A DNA stretch of 64,000 nt from Bilabrum cf. latius (Eukaryota), in the NCBI GenBank assembly GCA_965178125.1, contig OZ237767.1, forward strand, positions 186,001 through 250,000, in the 5' to 3' direction. Below are positions 62,052-64,000 of the stretch, in pieces; position 1 is the first letter of the stretch; every line of letters starts with the position of its first letter. The position numbers were made by a program, and so were the translations under genes. The notes beneath the pieces are model-generated. The model was not told where the DNA came from. It saw only the letters and a list, made by a program, of their open reading frames with translations, and searched no databases.

Positions 62052-62469
62052 GAAAAGCTTGCAAGGGTGTCTTTCCACCTAAGTCAGCTAGGTCAAGCTG
62101 TCAGTTGTTATCCTGCAATGAGATTGAGTCAAGGAGGAAAGTAAGTACAATCAAATGTTCATTTGCAAAGTCCTGCCACGGATGCCGTCGCTCAAGATGG
62201 CTGGTCTGGATCGCCTGAATCGAAATGAGCTCAGATGGTTCGCTACGTAGCCTACATAGATCTACCCCTGATGAACGGTTCTGCGTTTCGCTGGCCACGT
62301 CTGGCGAGACTAGAGTCTTGCGAAGGGCACAGTGACCGGTAGTATAGCAAAAGACACGATCAAAAATCAATGGGCAATTTCCTAAAATGTACATGTTGGC
62401 GCAAGCGGATACTGTCCTGTGGACTGTCCTGGAGGTCAGCACAGATGAGCTTCACAGAATGTTCATGAA

Positions 62470-64000
62470 TCATGAGGTCGGCCGCTCCGTTCTCATCTCC
62501 ATCCGGCTTATGTTGATGTACACCACGATGCCATCTTCTCTGACTTTTTCTTCCCACCCTGCTGGCAAGGGATCACCCCCGCTATCGTCCCCAGAAGCGG
62601 AGCCCTGTCTGGCTCCCACTGTCGGCCGATCGTACTGCACACGGCTGTTGGGGCCTTCGTACACGACCCGACCAGGGCCAATAAGACTTGCCGTCCATCC
62701 CTCGGGAAGGTCCTGCGCCTCCGGTAAAATCACATGACCTGCATGCATGGACACTTGCCCAGGAACCCACCTTTGGTCCCGAGGGCCGCTCCACTTCCAT
62801 TCGCGACAGGCACTGGACACTGCGTCCGAGCCGCTTCCCCCCTCAGTCTTGGCCAAAGGTCCGGAACGATGCCCGAAGCAAGCGAGGGTTCTTGCTAGCG
62901 ATGACATGCAGCTGCAAACAGTTTCGATCGCGTCGCCGCCTGAAAGCAGCTCCCGACGCAGGTGCCTATCCCACAGCGAGGCCTCCCCCTCCACCAGCGG
63001 ACGCACGCGGCCAAGCACGCCGTCCACAGCCCAGCCGTACATAGCACGCGTGCCAGCGCTCGGTGGCCGCAGTACGGCCATGGGCCCCGCTTGCACCACA
63101 GCCGCCTCGGCTGCCGCCTTGCCCTGCAGTACTCCTGCACCGATGGCACAATCCAACACACCGCCTGCGAATCCGTGAGTCCCGATAGTCCCAAATGACA
63201 TGCTCTTAGGGCATGCTACTAGCTCGCTGCGGTTCAAAGCTCCGATAGTAGACATGTCCTTATCTGGTTTTTCGGATAGGCTACTTGCTGCCTGCAAAAC
63301 GGCAGACTCCATCATTGAATCGGTAGCACAAGAAGCCGGCAAAGTGCTTGCCTCCGCTGTTGCGATATCGATGCCTGGGGGAACATCGGCACCAGCTCCG
63401 CTTGCTGGACCGCCTTCCGCTTGGGTCTGGCTAGAACCGGTGGTGTCTCCCTCTCCGCGATCCTCAGACTCGGGACCAACGAGAGCAGCTCTCGGTACGG
63501 CCTGCATGGCGTGCTCTGCCCGACTCAGCTGCACTATCTGCTGCTGGACCCACTGCGGCCAGTTTGCCTCCCCACCATCGCGAACGACACGCACAGCAGA
63601 GTGCGAGCCTGGTCCTTCGTGCCTGCTTGACTTTTCTGCAATTCTAGCTGGATCCGTGTCTGCTTCAGATACATGGCCTTCTTCAATGTGCGTGGGAGCA
63701 CCTGCAATGCTGTCCGCCGTGGTACCAGGGAGAGTTAGCGGTCCATAGAGAGCTCCAAGTAGCGCCTGCACCGCTTCTTCAGGAGGAAGCCGGTGCTCGG
63801 GCTTGGGCTGTAGCAGGCCTCGCAGCACTGCCTCAAGAGCGGATGGGCAGCCAGCACTAGCTGGGAGCTTGGGAATCTCCACCCCACTCTGGAGCTCGTG
63901 CTGCGCTTGTGCGTCACCCCCACGTGCCTTGTCCACGTGCTGACTTGGCTTCACCACGGAGTCTGGCAGAGTTACGAGGTTTGCATCTGATGCATTGGCC
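62470..64000 (-). CDS. 5'-partial gene: probable protein-kinase C-lobe end followed by two WW-like domains
   Basis: PSALEAVLRGLLQPKPEHRLPPEEAV resembles kinase subdomain XI; LPEGWTASLIGPGRVVY and LPAGWEEKVREDGIVVYIN are WW-like; ends TGA 62470-62472. Confidence 0.65.
   Translation of the reverse strand, partial: ANASDANLVTLPDSVVKPSQHVDKARGGDAQAQHELQSGVEIPKLPASAGCPSALEAVLRGLLQPKPEHRLPPEEAVQALLGALYGPLTLPGTTADSIAGAPTHIEEGHVSEADTDPARIAEKSSRHEGPGSHSAVRVVRDGGEANWPQWVQQQIVQLSRAEHAMQAVPRAALVGPESEDRGEGDTTGSSQTQAEGGPASGAGADVPPGIDIATAEASTLPASCATDSMMESAVLQAASSLSEKPDKDMSTIGALNRSELVACPKSMSFGTIGTHGFAGGVLDCAIGAGVLQGKAAAEAAVVQAGPMAVLRPPSAGTRAMYGWAVDGVLGRVRPLVEGEASLWDRHLRRELLSGGDAIETVCSCMSSLARTLACFGHRSGPLAKTEGGSGSDAVSSACREWKWSGPRDQRWVPGQVSMHAGHVILPEAQDLPEGWTASLIGPGRVVYEGPNSRVQYDRPTVGARQGSASGDDSGGDPLPAGWEEKVREDGIVVYINISRMEMRTERPTS

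Noticed and set aside
1-64000. Mass pseudogenisation or RIP-like C-to-T mutation as the source of the TAGs
   Set aside because: That would also create TAA and TGA stops and frameshifts. None were found over tens of kb, and catalytic motifs are intact.
1-64000. A-to-I editing (UAG to Trp), pyrrolysine or selenocysteine recoding
   Set aside because: Informative TAG sites align with Gln, not Trp. Pyrrolysine is not known in eukaryotes and Sec uses UGA. U-to-C editing cannot be formally excluded without cDNA.
1-64000. TAGs as acceptors of tiny introns
   Set aside because: Conserved motifs run gap-free across the TAG (MUS81, MyTH4, MBOAT, kinase), with no consistent GT donor nearby.

Overview
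GC-rich, gene-dense, intron-poor eukaryotic (protist-like) nuclear DNA; no prokaryotic, rRNA, tRNA or CRISPR features seen. The supplied ORF track is fragmented because TAG is not a stop codon here. Reading through TAG joins the fragments into about 11 long single-frame genes that end only at TGA or TAA, and I found no in-frame TAA or TGA inside them. TAG sits at positions where Gln is expected: the MUS81 'RYLE*K' motif (canonical EQK), MyTH4 'A*EVL', a CAG4-TAG2 poly-Gln run, and a TAG opposite a CAA in a local paralog. This points to a nuclear code with UAG=Gln and UAA/UGA=stop. Genes recovered: a PKG-like kinase with an inverted pseudokinase duplicate; a DGAT1/SOAT-type MBOAT; a ~3160-aa Reeler-(Ig-like)n-DOMON-EGF-DOMON-cytochrome b561 protein; a coiled-coil unknown; MUS81; an inverted pair of F-box-like multi-TM genes; a ~5640-aa myosin with a long helical-repeat tail and MyTH4; an inactive-UBC/UFD1/NZF fusion; and the 3' part of a kinase-WW gene. 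All domain calls come from motif recognition by eye, not database searches.
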